Below, piece after piece: positions 43,427 through 53,821 of a DNA stretch of 64,000 nucleotides. Location: positions 608,001-672,000 of the forward strand of contig CAWHAA010000004.1 in NCBI GenBank assembly GCA_963827275.1, written 5' to 3'. The notes beneath the pieces were generated by a model. The model was not told the origin of the DNA and did not search any database. It was given only the letters and a program-made list of their open reading frames with translations. Each line of letters starts with the position of its first letter. The first letter of the stretch is position 1. This DNA is from an uncultured Spirochaetota bacterium. Its GTDB lineage: Bacteria; Spirochaetota; UBA4802; UBA5550. The position numbers and the translations under genes were made by a program.

Positions 43427-43612
43427 GGCGATAGTTATCGGTAACAATCCGGCGTCAGGGCAGGATTGGGCGATAGTTATCGGTATTCACGGGGGTCAGA
43501 GCAACTTCCGGACCGATAGTTATCGGTAACTTCCGGGGGTCAGAGCCCCATCAAACCGATAGTTATCGGTAAAAAGATGGTGTCAGAGTAAGATTAACTG
43601 ATAGTTATCGGC
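43427..43612. repeat. Intergenic array: five 16-bp palindromes (consensus ACCGATAGTTATCGGT) at 42-43 bp period with a GGGGTCAGAGC-like motif mid-spacer
   Basis: Palindromes at 43427, 43469, 43512, 43555, 43597; co-motif at about 43451, 43492, 43536, 43579. Confidence 0.92.
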
Positions 43613-43624
43613 AGATGGAGGATA

Positions 43625-44512
43625 TCATTTCGCCCAGTCCGTACCGGACAGCAGAAACCCCGTGTCCCCGAAGTCGAGCCCGCCGGCGGAAAGGATCTCC
43701 ATCACCGTACCGAGCCGTTCCATGAAAACAATATGCCCTCGCTTTTTGGCTCCATCCAGCAATACCTGCCCCTTTTTCAGCGCTGCGGCAACCGCCTTTT
43801 CGCGGTAATCGGGATCGATCGACGAGCCGTGCCGGGAGAGCAGGCTGAATATAGAATATACCCTGAAACGGTCCATTCCCCGGTACTTCGCCGAGAGCTG
43901 GTCGGGGTGACCGCCGTGCCGTATCACCAGGCGTTCAGGCAGGAACCCTGTCCATTCGTCTTTGGTTATCCTGAGCCAGAGATCATAGTCCTCGCAGGCC
44001 GGCAGGTCTTCGTCGAAGGGGCCGTACCGGTCGAAGCATTCGCGCGACAGGACGACGGCCGAGGGGCTGATGAGGCAGAGTTCGAGGGAGTCGATGAAGA
44101 TATGTCCTTCCCGCTTCAGGTGGCGCGCTCCCGGGTTCACCGGCCTGCCGTTCCGTATCCACCGCTCGTCAGTCTGGTGGATCATCACCCCGGGGTGGTC
44201 GCGGATGTAGTCCGCCTGCCGCGCGAGCTTTTCCGGCAGCCACAGGTCATCGGAATCAAGGAAGGCGATCCACGCGCCGGAGGAGGACTTCACTCCCGCG
44301 TTCCGGGCTGCGCTCACTCCCTGGTTCTCCTGCCGGAGGTACTTCAATTTCTTTTCATATTCGTGCTCGATGGCTGCGGTGGCATCGGACGACCCGTCAT
44401 CTACTACAATGAGCTCGTAGTCGGTACAAACCTGTCCCAGCACGGACGCGATGGCTTCCCTGACGGGACCGCTCCTGTTGTACGTCGGTATTATTGCAGA
44501 GAAGAGGGGCAT
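43625..44512 (-). CDS. Family 2 glycosyltransferase
   Basis: 'IIPTYNR', 'VVDDGSSD', 'GVSAARNAG', 'AFLDSDD', 'EDYDLWLR'. Confidence 0.93.
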   Translation of the reverse strand: MPLFSAIIPTYNRSGPVREAIASVLGQVCTDYELIVVDDGSSDATAAIEHEYEKKLKYLRQENQGVSAARNAGVKSSSGAWIAFLDSDDLWLPEKLARQADYIRDHPGVMIHQTDERWIRNGRPVNPGARHLKREGHIFIDSLELCLISPSAVVLSRECFDRYGPFDEDLPACEDYDLWLRITKDEWTGFLPERLVIRHGGHPDQLSAKYRGMDRFRVYSIFSLLSRHGSSIDPDYREKAVAAALKKGQVLLDGAKKRGHIVFMERLGTVMEILSAGGLDFGDTGFLLSGTDWAK

Positions 44513-44620
44513 GGCGTGGCTATAATGATTTTAGTTTACTGCCAATACACTGGGGGCCGCGCCCGTGCCGCGTCAAGCCTATTATGCAGGCGCCGGCATC
44601 GTGGCGCAGGTATCGTCGTG

Positions 44621-45112
44621 TCATGCCGGATCAATCGGGCCGGGGGCGCCCGCCCGGGTTTTCAGAATTTCAGCCGCGTCGAGGAGGGACCGGGCGACTT
44701 TATAATGACCGATGCAGTGGCAGAGGTGGTGCGCGATGGCATAGCGGGCGTCTTTTTCGGTCGGTTCGGGATTCTTTTCAAGAAACAGCCTTGCCTTCAT
44801 CATTACTTCCGGGACACAGTAGTGGCATTCGGGGGTCCCCCGTTTCCTGAGGGCCATCGAAAAGATGTCCTGTATCAGCTGGCCTGTCTCGCCGGAGGTT
44901 TCGACCAGCGCGTCCGCGACCCTGGCCATGGGGGTACGGCACGAAAGCATGGCCTTGCCGTCGACCTCTACCGTACAGGCGCCGCACCGGCCGCCGCCTG
45001 CGCACCCGACTTCCGTCACCGTAAGGCCCGCCACGTTCTTGATGTAGTCGAACAGCGTCATCGCCGGGTCGCCGGTGTATTCCGTCTCTTTGCCATTGAG
45101 TATAAATTGCAT
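44621..45112 (-). CDS. CoxS/XdhC-like (2Fe-2S)-binding small subunit
   Basis: 'GCAGGGRCGACTV', 'ECHYCVP', 'HLCHCIG'. Confidence 0.85.
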   Translation of the reverse strand: MQFILNGKETEYTGDPAMTLFDYIKNVAGLTVTEVGCAGGGRCGACTVEVDGKAMLSCRTPMARVADALVETSGETGQLIQDIFSMALRKRGTPECHYCVPEVMMKARLFLEKNPEPTEKDARYAIAHHLCHCIGHYKVARSLLDAAEILKTRAGAPGPIDPA

Positions 45113-45366
45113 CAACCCTTGCCTTGCCATGCGCAATGCGGGGCATGCCGCACGTCGCTGTGAAAACGATGTGTATGTTTTATGAAAACATGGCGAAATT
45201 TTATATGATTCGTCATTTTTGTCTTATACTCAATTGATTTTTTGCGGTTATTCTTGATATTGTATAAGTTTGGATGTTACTGTTACAGCCTGTCGTTGGG
45301 CATTGTGGGCTTTACAATGGGGGTGGATATGCAGCCCTATGGAGCTGTTTCCGGCGGTCATAAAGA

Positions 45367-45395
45367 AAGGGCCGCTTTTATAAAAAGCGGCCCTT
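45367..45395 (-). terminator. Terminator downstream of tRNA-Ala
   Basis: aagggccgctttt-ata-aaaagcggccctt hairpin. Confidence 0.8.
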
Positions 45396-45400
45396 AACTG

Positions 45401-45474
<74 letters not shown>

Positions 45475-45557
45475 GCGTGAGTCTTCAAGGTTAATTTAGT
45501 GAAACAGGTCAAAATCTGTCAATACAATTGTTCAAAAACAACACCGGTCAGGGCCGG

Positions 45558-45986
45558 TCAATCCTTTTTCTGGAGCTCTATCGATATGCTTACCTTGTTC
45601 AGGCCAGCCTGCTTGGCCGCGTCGAGCACCTTCACGAAATAATCGACCGATGCGCGTTTGTCCGCCTTCACGATGACCCCGTTTTTCTGCGCGTCCTTCG
45701 AAAATTTAAGGAGTTCGGATCGGAGGGCCTGCTCTGACACCCTGTTGTTGGCGATATAAATCTCGTTCTTTTCGTTCACGCTGACGACGAGCGGGTTTTC
45801 GCCCTTGATTTTTGTCACGGTCATGCCTTTCGGCAGGTTCACCTTGATCTTCGATTCCTGCCTGGGGTTGAAGGTATAGAGCAGGCTGAAGGTGATGAAA
45901 AAGAAGACGAACATGTTCATGATGATGTCCGTCATGGCAACGGACTCGAGCGTCAGGAATTGCTTGTTGGTGGTCCTGATCTTCAT
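45558..45986 (-). CDS. exbD: Biopolymer transporter ExbD/TolR
   Basis: 'AMTDIIMNMFVFF', 'IKVNLP', 'VIVKADK'. Confidence 0.9.
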   Translation of the reverse strand: MKIRTTNKQFLTLESVAMTDIIMNMFVFFFITFSLLYTFNPRQESKIKVNLPKGMTVTKIKGENPLVVSVNEKNEIYIANNRVSEQALRSELLKFSKDAQKNGVIVKADKRASVDYFVKVLDAAKQAGLNKVSISIELQKKD

Positions 45987-46622
45987 CTCTTTTTCCTGCC
46001 GCCGGCGGCTTTCAGCAGTGCGGACCAGCTCTTCGCCGTAATGGTTGAGGTCGCGGGCCACGTCGTTTATCCGGCCGATGATAGAGGCTGTAGATGATAT
46101 AATAGGGGATCGCCACGATGAGGCCGGCCGCGGTGGTGATCATCGCCTGGTAGATGCCGCCGGCCAGGCTTTCCACGGTGACGGAGGCGCCCGCCGCCTC
46201 CCACGCCATGAAGGCCCGTATCAGGCCTATGATCGTGCCGAGGAAGCCGAGCATCGGCTCCACGCCGACGATCACCAGGAATATATGCATGTGCTTTTCA
46301 AGGCGGGCCACCTCGTCGTTGCCGACGTGCTCCATGGCGCGCTCTATCTCGATCGTGTCCTCTCCCCTGTGGGTGAGGCCCGCCGCGAACACCCTCCCGA
46401 TCGGGTGGGCAGTCCTGCCGCAGGCGCTCGATGGCCGGGTCGAAGTGGCCCTTCTCAACCAGGGAAAAGATTTCGTCCGCGAACTTCCTGCATATCGAGC
46501 CGTATTTTCCAGAGCAGCATTCCCCGCTCGACAGTGAGGCCGAGGGCGATTATCGATCCCAGGAGGATGGGGATCATGACCCATCCGCCCTTGAAAACCA
46601 GTGAATCGGTCAGTATGTCCAT
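45983..46622 (-). CDS. exbB: MotA/TolQ/ExbB proton channel protein (several frameshifts; end coordinate approximate)
   Basis: 'KGGWVMIPI', 'EPMLGFLGTIIGLIRAF', 'LAGGIYQAMITTAAGLIVAIP'. Confidence 0.85.
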
Positions 46623-46849
46623 TATAACTCCTCGCGCGTATCTATTCTACAGAGGCCAGGGAACTGAATTTGTTGCACAAAATTTCGGTATGACGGGAAA
46701 TCGGCTCATCATCCGCATTGTTTCAAAAACGTCAAATAATTAATTGGGCAAGGCGCTCTTAAAAAGTACTTGTCAGGTCGTCGGCCGGAGGCATAGCATT
46801 GGAGACGCCCGGGGGCCGGGCGTCACGTATCGATACGCGGGGTGCATGC

Positions 46850-47937
46850 ATGGAACGGCAGAGAAAATCAACGCGGCAGGTGAGGGCGGGGTCTCTCGCG
46901 ATAGGCGGGGGAGCGCCGGTGTCCATCCAGTCCATGACCAACATTCCCATCGAGCGGACGGAAGAGACGATCGCGCAGATCAAACGCCTTGCGGAGCGGG
47001 GCGCCGAGCTCGTGCGGGTGGCCCTGCGCAGCGTGGAGTCGGCGGAACACCTGAAGAAAATAGTTCCCGCGGTGCCGGTGCCGCTGTGCGCTGACGTGCA
47101 CTTTGATTACCGGATCGCGGTGGCGGCGATTGACGCCGGCGCGGGCAAGGTGCGGATCAATCCCGGCAACATCGGCGACCCGAAGGGCGTGCGCGAGGTG
47201 ATACGCGCGGCGCGGGACCGCGGCGTGCCGATCCGCATCGGCGTGAACAGCGGCTCTGTGGACCGGCGGAAGTTCCCCGACGTCACGCCGGAGGCCTGGT
47301 CGCCTCCGCGATGGAGCACGTGCGGATCCTCGAGGACAATAATTTCACCGACATCGTGGTCTCCATAAAGTCGTCGGACATCCGCCACACCATCGCGGCG
47401 AACGAGCTTTTCGCTTCGGAGCGGGACTACCCGCTCCACGTCGGGCTCACCGAGGCCGGGTACGGGCGTGTCCTGCGCGTGCAGAGCTCGGTGGCGATCG
47501 GCCACCTCCTTCTCGAGGGGATCGGCGACACCATCCGCGTGTCCATGACCGGCGACCCGGTGGAGGAGATCCCGGTGGCGCGGAAGATCCTCGAGGCCGC
47601 GGGCGAACGAACGGCGTGGGTCCGCATCGTGTCGTGCCCCACCTGCGGCCGCACCGACCCCGCGCTCGACATCCTCGCCCTGGCCAGGGAGGTGGACGAG
47701 GCGGTGACGACGCGCTTCGAGGACGCCATGCGGGAGAAGGGGCGCTCCCTGCACGTGGCGGTGATGGGCTGCGAGGTGAACGGCCCGGGCGAGGCGAAGG
47801 ACGCGGACGCGGGCCTTGCGGGCGTCCGCGACGGGAGGTTGCTCCTCTTCGCAAAGGGCGAGAAGGTGCGGGTCGTGGAACAGCGCGAGGCGGTGCGGGC
47901 GCTCGTTGAAGAGATCGGGAAGATAACCGGCGCGTGA
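46850..47937 (+). CDS. ispG: HMBPP synthase (frameshift near 47297)
   Basis: 'IQSMTN', 'ADVHFDY', 'RINPGNIG', 'LHVGLTEAG', 'SCPTCGR', 'MGCEVNGPGEA'. Confidence 0.96.
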
Positions 47938-48033
47938 GCCTGGCATGGACTAATGAATAAAAAACGCGTAAAAAGCGGGAGCCGTTTACGCGTTATTGTT
48001 GTCAGACAGAAAGAAATCCAATCTATGTTTGTT

Positions 48034-48519
48034 TTATTTCCTGTCCCTTCCCGATCTCATCCCTCTCTTGCAGAATTCTTCATTTGTCAGAAATCCGTCT
48101 TTATCGGCATCGCGTAACTTGAACATCTCCTCCGGATTGCCGCGCGGATGCCTGCCGTTTTTAAATTCAGCAAGGCTGACCTTGCCGTCCTTGTCCGTAT
48201 CCAGGGACTTGAAATGGCCACCGCAGTCGCCCATGGGCCCTTCATGCCTCTTCCCTCTCTCACAGAATTCTTCCACTGTCAACGAGCCGTCGCTGTTGGC
48301 GTCCCGCATTTTGAAAATGTCCTTCGCGTTGCCGCGCGGATGCCTGACGGCGGAAAATTCTTCAAGTGTCACGCCGCCGTCCTTGTTCGCATCCAGCGAC
48401 TTGAAGTGGTCCTCGCATTTCATCATCGGCGCGTGCCTTCTTTGGGCGAATGCGTCGCTCATGCCGATAATTACCGCACAAGACAGGGCTGCTCCAAGAA
48501 ATACTAAAAATTTTCTCAT
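48034..48519 (-). CDS. Exported EF-hand calcium-binding protein (4 EF-hands)
   Basis: DANKDGGVTLEEF, DANSDGSLTVEEF, DTDKDGKVSLAEF, DADKDGFLTNEEF; signal peptide. Confidence 0.88.
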   Translation of the reverse strand: MRKFLVFLGAALSCAVIIGMSDAFAQRRHAPMMKCEDHFKSLDANKDGGVTLEEFSAVRHPRGNAKDIFKMRDANSDGSLTVEEFCERGKRHEGPMGDCGGHFKSLDTDKDGKVSLAEFKNGRHPRGNPEEMFKLRDADKDGFLTNEEFCKRGMRSGRDRK

Positions 48520-48720
48520 GCCAATACCTCCTGCTTTTTTATGCTGGTTCCAGAACCGATCGTGTATCGTATAATTTGAGATGATCGCGCATGCCGATAA
48601 AAATTCAATAACAAAATTTTTTATTTTATAATTATAAAGAGCAAGGGGCTTTCTTGTCCGGTATGTGCCAATGGGGCAGGATGGGGTGTTTCCGGCAATT
48701 GTTCTTGTAGGGGAAACCTT

Positions 48721-48793
<73 letters not shown>

Positions 48794-48929
48794 GGTCAAA
48801 ACTGCGGCTAAAATTTATTGAAACATCACATTTATAATATGCTTCATTGTCAAGGATTTTGTTTCTTTTTTTATTAAAAGGATTGATTCATAATCATGCC
48901 GCGTATCACCGGTAAAATGATCTACTGAT

Positions 48930-49090
48930 GGTCCTGGTGACACGCGCTGGAAAGCGTGAGGTAGAAGCTCTTGTATCCGGGTCCGGATTCAGGGATCAGT
49001 GCTCCGCTCCGGACAGTGCTCCACTGTGCGCACGAATATGCCGACCGTGCGGAGATTCTTCCCGGGGTATACAGGGAGTACGGGCAGGGA
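48930..49090. ncRNA. Candidate structured RNA (unclassified)
   Basis: Several nested hairpins and a long-range stem in an intergenic gap behind an AT-rich promoter-like region. Confidence 0.3.
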
Positions 49091-49133
49091 AAATAATTGC
49101 ACGCATGGAGCTGCCGCTGCGGGGAGGTCGCGG

Positions 49134-50057
49134 CTAATTTTTCAGGAGGATGCCCGGGTGCACCGGCATCCTGCCGCGCCGCACTTCGAAATGAAGGTGG
49201 GGGCCGGTGGTCCGCCCGGTATTACCGGAAAGGGCGATCGCGGCTCCCCGCTTCACTGTCTCGCCGGGCTTCACCAGCGGCCGCGCCAGGTGGCCATAAT
49301 AGCTCCGGTACCCGCATTCGTGCTCAAGCACCACCAGGTTCCCGTACCCGCCCTGGTACCCGGTAAAAACCACTTTCCCGTCGCGCGCCGCAAGTATCTC
49401 CGAGCCGCGCGGGCAGGCGACATCGACACCCGAATGGAACTCGACGTAGCGGTGGTTGAACGGGCTGCGCCGCATCCCGAAGCTCGACGTGAGACGTGGC
49501 CCCCGCTTCGGGGGCAGGGGATAGAGAAAGCCGGTCCCGAGGAAGAGCGATCGCTCCAGATTGGATATCTTCCCGCCCGGGACAAAGATATACTCTTTAC
49601 TGAAGTCACTGCACCTGTTGGCGCGGTGCACGTATTCAGGGCGGATCTGGTTTTTCCTGAGCATTTCTGTTATCTCTCCCGATGCGTCTCCCTTCATCAC
49701 GACGCCGCGCATGTTCGGGATGAATATCTTTCTCCCCGGAACAATATCGCGGGGGGTGGAGAATTTATTCACCGAGAGAAGCGTGTCGATGTCCTGCGAA
49801 GAACGGGCCAGTATCGTCCAGAACGTGTCGTCCTTTTTGATCCGATAGGAATAGAATGTAAGCTCCGGCAGTTCACGCTCGGGACGCCTGCTCTTGATCA
49901 CGTAGATGCTTTTCCTGATGTCGTTTCGCAGGGTTTTCACTGCCGCATTGGTATATGGATTCAGGTTCTTCAATTCCTGCACTGATGTGATGCCGGCAAC
50001 CGCAATGCCGTGGCAGAGCAGGAACAGAAGCGGTATATATGGTGCTGTTTTTTTCAT
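49134..50057 (-). CDS. LysM-M23 peptidoglycan endopeptidase
   Basis: LysM 'YRIKKDDTFW'; 'FHSGVD', 'YGHL', 'TGPHLHFEV'. Confidence 0.93.
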   Translation of the reverse strand: MKKTAPYIPLLFLLCHGIAVAGITSVQELKNLNPYTNAAVKTLRNDIRKSIYVIKSRRPERELPELTFYSYRIKKDDTFWTILARSSQDIDTLLSVNKFSTPRDIVPGRKIFIPNMRGVVMKGDASGEITEMLRKNQIRPEYVHRANRCSDFSKEYIFVPGGKISNLERSLFLGTGFLYPLPPKRGPRLTSSFGMRRSPFNHRYVEFHSGVDVACPRGSEILAARDGKVVFTGYQGGYGNLVVLEHECGYRSYYGHLARPLVKPGETVKRGAAIALSGNTGRTTGPHLHFEVRRGRMPVHPGILLKN

Positions 50058-50225
50058 TTCGGCCTGTCTTTTTCGCAATGGCGTACACTACATTTTCGGA
50101 ATACCATGCCGTCCGGTTTAGGAGAATATTCTGCGGGACATAATATTAATTCAGTGTGATATTATTATTGACAATGGAAATTGCAGGTAGTTATAGTGAC
50201 GCAAATGTCCATGTAAGAGGTACGT

Positions 50226-50657
50226 ATGGCTATTGCAAAGGGTAGCGGCGATATTGCGAATAACGTGATCGGTGAAAACTCTTATTTCACCGGAACATTC
50301 CTCATAAACGGCTCACTCCGGATCGACGGCAGGTTCGAAGGAAAATATCTTCAGGCTGAGCAGCTCTATATCGGCGCAACCGGCAAGATCCGCACCAATA
50401 TCAACGCGGTGTCGGTCATCGTGGAAGGCCTCGTCATAGGGAACATCAACGCCTCCAGCAGGGTGCTCCTCATGCCTACGGCGAAGATCCTTGGCGACAT
50501 CAAGACGCCGGAGCTCATCATACAGAACGGCGTCATCCTCGAAGGGCGCTGCACCATCGCGAACGACCTTCGCTCATCCGCGAAAGACCTCATCGGGGCC
50601 GATTACGAGAAGAACAAGATAATCCCCGAGGAGTTTCTTGCGAAGAAGAGCTCTTAA
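50226..50657 (+). CDS. Bactofilin (polymer-forming cytoskeletal protein)
   Basis: 'GSLRIDGRFEG', 'VIVEGLVIGNI', 'GDIKTPELIIQNGVILEG'. Confidence 0.93.
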   Translation: MAIAKGSGDIANNVIGENSYFTGTFLINGSLRIDGRFEGKYLQAEQLYIGATGKIRTNINAVSVIVEGLVIGNINASSRVLLMPTAKILGDIKTPELIIQNGVILEGRCTIANDLRSSAKDLIGADYEKNKIIPEEFLAKKSS

Positions 50658-51624
50658 CCTCGGCATCACCATGGGCGACCCGGCCGGGATCGGACCGGAG
50701 GTCGCGCTCAAGGCAATCAACGCGCTCAATGACGAATCCGTCATCCCGGTCCTTATCGGTCGCAGGGTCGTTCTTGAAAAAAACCATTCCGATCTTTTTT
50801 CAGATTATGCCGTGGTGCGCCATGGAGCGCCCCTGTGCCATGGAAAAAAATACTTTCATGATGTTCCGCTTGATCTGCCGGTGCCCGTCCCCGGGGCAGG
50901 GAGCACCGATACCGGGCGGGAGGCGCTTGCCTGCATCGACGCGGCGATCGCGTTATGGACAGCGGGAGCCATAGACGCGGTGGTCACCGGGCCGGTCAGC
51001 AAGGCCCTCATCGAAAGGTCGGGCGTGCATTTTACGGGTCACACGGAATATCTCGCGGAAAAGACCGGCGCGGGGGAGCCGCTCATGATGATGTTTTCCG
51101 AGAAATACCGCGTGCTCCTCGCGTCCACGCACGTGCCGGTATCGGACATCATGCGTTACGTGGACCGGGAGCGTCTCCTTGCGGTGATGCGGGCGGGACA
51201 CGGGGCGATGCGGTCGATCGACGGCGGCACCGTGAAGCTGGCAATCACCGGGCTTGACCCGCATTGCGGCGACGATGGCGCGATCGGCGGCTTCGACCGG
51301 GACGTCACCGCCGGGGCGGTCGCGGCGGCACGCGCCGAAGGCATCCCGATCGAGGGGCCTTTCGCGGCTGACACCCTTTTCATCCCTTCGACATGGGAGC
51401 GGTATAACCTGGTGATAGCCCACTACCATGACCAGGGCCTTATCCCTTTCAAGATGCTCGCGTTCGACAGGGGCGTGAACGTGACCCTGGGCCTTCCGCT
51501 GGTGCGCACTTCGGTCGACCATGGCACGGCCTTCGATATCGCCGGGAAAAACATCGCGGGCTGGAGCAGCATGACGGAGGCAATAGTGCTGGCGAAGCGT
51601 CTCGCAGAAAAAAATGATCGTTAG
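50638..51624 (+). CDS. pdxA: 4-hydroxythreonine-4-phosphate dehydrogenase
   Basis: 'TMGDPAGIGPE', 'GHTEYL', 'YHDQGLIPFK', 'RTSVDHGTAFDIAG'. Confidence 0.96.
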   Translation: MRRRALNLGITMGDPAGIGPEVALKAINALNDESVIPVLIGRRVVLEKNHSDLFSDYAVVRHGAPLCHGKKYFHDVPLDLPVPVPGAGSTDTGREALACIDAAIALWTAGAIDAVVTGPVSKALIERSGVHFTGHTEYLAEKTGAGEPLMMMFSEKYRVLLASTHVPVSDIMRYVDRERLLAVMRAGHGAMRSIDGGTVKLAITGLDPHCGDDGAIGGFDRDVTAGAVAAARAEGIPIEGPFAADTLFIPSTWERYNLVIAHYHDQGLIPFKMLAFDRGVNVTLGLPLVRTSVDHGTAFDIAGKNIAGWSSMTEAIVLAKRLAEKNDR

Positions 51625-51653
51625 GCGCACGCCGCGGCACCGTGGCCGCCCGG

Positions 51654-52028
51654 TTACAGGTGTGCCATGGTTTCCGATAGTGTGCGGGAAAAATTCCCGA
51701 GTATCGCGTCCTTGCCGGTCCCATGCCCGGAGATAAACAGCGCTTTGCCGAGCTTGCCTTTTTTCTTCAGCTTGACGAGTGCGTTGATTTTTCCTTCCCC
51801 CGCGGTTTCCCTCACCTCGTCGTTGCCGCCGTAGGAGAGCTTTTCAACGCCCAGGGAATAGTAGTAGATGACGATTTCAATCCCGTCATATCGGCGGGTG
51901 GATAGGCGTTCGGGCAGGGCGGCGCGGATTTCCCGCTCTTCCAGGGCGATTCCCGGGGGTATAGTTATCGTTACCCCGCCGGCAGTGGCCAGGAACAAAG
52001 CTGTAAATAGCGCAAGCAGGGGAGGCAT
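51654..52028 (-). CDS. Hypothetical exported protein
   Basis: AAGGAG RBS, signal-like N-terminus. Confidence 0.55.
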   Translation of the reverse strand: MPPLLALFTALFLATAGGVTITIPPGIALEEREIRAALPERLSTRRYDGIEIVIYYYSLGVEKLSYGGNDEVRETAGEGKINALVKLKKKGKLGKALFISGHGTGKDAILGNFSRTLSETMAHL

Positions 52029-52266
52029 GCCTTCTCCTTGATAAAGACGATAACTATACACTGCATTGTTTCACAGGTTACTTCTGGAATTCGATATTGT
52101 AAATACTTTAATTGCAGTTGGAGGCGAAATATTTGAGGAAAACATCAATTTATTCTTCTTTATTAATGTAACTGATTTATAATCATGTATAATCAATTAT
52201 ATTCCGAAAAATATAGCAGGAAAAGGACTGCTATAGTTATCGAAAAAAGATGTACGAGGAAACAAT

Positions 52267-52710
52267 ATGAGTGAAGCCTTGTTGGTAAAATCGGTGTTCC
52301 TGTTTATCGTTTTCTGGGGAATCGGGATCGTCATGCTCTGGTTTCGGCCCAGGGTTGAAATAATATGGAAGATCATCGCCACGGTGATTCTCTTATTTTA
52401 CATCTGGTTCTTTTTCGATGAGATACGCGGCGGTTATACCGCCTTCGCGGCCGGGTGGTACGGGTTCAGCATAAATTTTCTAAAAGAGCTCCTTTCTCTG
52501 GTATTTGTTAACCTCTTTTTCATCTGGCCATTGTGTCTGGTAATCATATTTTACAAAGCCGATGCGATCGGCGCGGAAAAGCTCCTTAAATTTCTATGCG
52601 TGCTGACACTCGTGCTATGGGTGGTGTTCATCATCTATTTTTTCTTCAGCAAGGGCATTGATGAGTTCATGCTCAAGAACCTGAAAGAGATGGTGCCCCG
52701 TGCGAAATAG
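52267..52710 (+). CDS. Hypothetical 4-TM membrane protein
   Basis: Highly hydrophobic ORF with RBS. Confidence 0.7.
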   Translation: MSEALLVKSVFLFIVFWGIGIVMLWFRPRVEIIWKIIATVILLFYIWFFFDEIRGGYTAFAAGWYGFSINFLKELLSLVFVNLFFIWPLCLVIIFYKADAIGAEKLLKFLCVLTLVLWVVFIIYFFFSKGIDEFMLKNLKEMVPRAK

Positions 52711-53221
52711 GGCCCGCAGCGCCGCTGCCGCCGTCCTTGCCGCGTGCATGATCGCCGGCCCGGGCGCGGCGGCCCAGCAGAGGGAGAGCTCCACCGAACT
52801 CTATCGGAAAGGAGCACGTCTTGCCATCGATGGCCAGCTGGACAAAGCGATCCAGGTTTTCAGCAGGGTCGTAGAGATCAGTCCGTATTACTGCATGGGC
52901 CATTACGGGCTTGGCAAGGCGTACCTGCATAAATACGGTATGATGGACGACGCGATCAGGCACCTGCGGACCGCGGTCAGCCTTGACCGCAGGTACGTGA
53001 AAAGTTATTTCTACCTGGGAATGGCGTATTTTATCGCGAAGAAGTACACGGAAGCCGCCCGCGCCTTTAAGGCGGCGTATGACCAGGATGACACCTATAT
53101 CGAGGCCCTTTATAACCTTGGTGTAGTGTATGAGATCATGGACAAGAGCTACCAGTCTTCTGTGTATTTCAGCAGATATCTCGGGGAAAAGACCAGGGAA
53201 GAAGAAGATATCCTGTTTTAG
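52700..53221 (+). CDS. Exported tetratricopeptide repeat protein
   Basis: 'HYGLGKAY', 'YFYLGMAY', 'LYNLGVVY' TPR pattern. Confidence 0.88.
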   Translation: MRNRARSAAAAVLAACMIAGPGAAAQQRESSTELYRKGARLAIDGQLDKAIQVFSRVVEISPYYCMGHYGLGKAYLHKYGMMDDAIRHLRTAVSLDRRYVKSYFYLGMAYFIAKKYTEAARAFKAAYDQDDTYIEALYNLGVVYEIMDKSYQSSVYFSRYLGEKTREEEDILF

Positions 53222-53483
53222 GCTTCCGTTCCGTGTCCGCTGTTTTTCATCATGCTGCGGACAATCCGTGCTATTGATCTGCCGTACGCCTGTTCTATCC
53301 GATGCAGGCAGCGCATGCGTTCCGCCGGCGGTTCGCGGCGAATAAATCCAAACAGGCACTTCCCGGCAATTATGTCATCAGATTTCATCACATGCTCCCG
53401 ACGCTGTTTGTCTATCCTTTCATGGTATAGTTATCGGTATCCGGGACGTACGGGTTAAGTATAGAGCGCTTGAGAGCGATGCC

Positions 53484-53789
53484 CTAAATTTTGAAGAGGC
53501 TCCCGGCTTTCTTTTTCCCCAGTTCATGCTCATAATCGCTGTAATCGACGAATACCAGGTGCGGAAGTTTTCTCCTGGTCCTTCCCACGATCTCAAATTT
53601 ACCGCCCTGGGCCTCTTTGGACGTTACGTACTTGAATTCCCTGCCGCATGAAGGGCATTTTTTCAGATCTTTCAGCTCGATCCCTATCTTCTTGCATGCG
53701 GGGCAATGCCCGTATTTATCGTCCACGATAATGATATGGTCTTCGATGTCCTGGAGATCGACCTCAGTCCAAACCCGTATATGTTCCAT
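53484..53789 (-). CDS. Small zinc-ribbon hypothetical protein
   Basis: CPAC...CPSC; CAGGAG RBS. Confidence 0.7.
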   Translation of the reverse strand: MEHIRVWTEVDLQDIEDHIIIVDDKYGHCPACKKIGIELKDLKKCPSCGREFKYVTSKEAQGGKFEIVGRTRRKLPHLVFVDYSDYEHELGKKKAGSLFKI

Positions 53790-53821
53790 TGTCCGCTCCT
53801 GATTATATATTTTGACTTTCT

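Noticed and set aside
43427..43612. CRISPR array
   Set aside because: The repeat is only 16 bp, all spacers share a central GGGGTCAGAGC-like motif, and there are no cas genes in the window.
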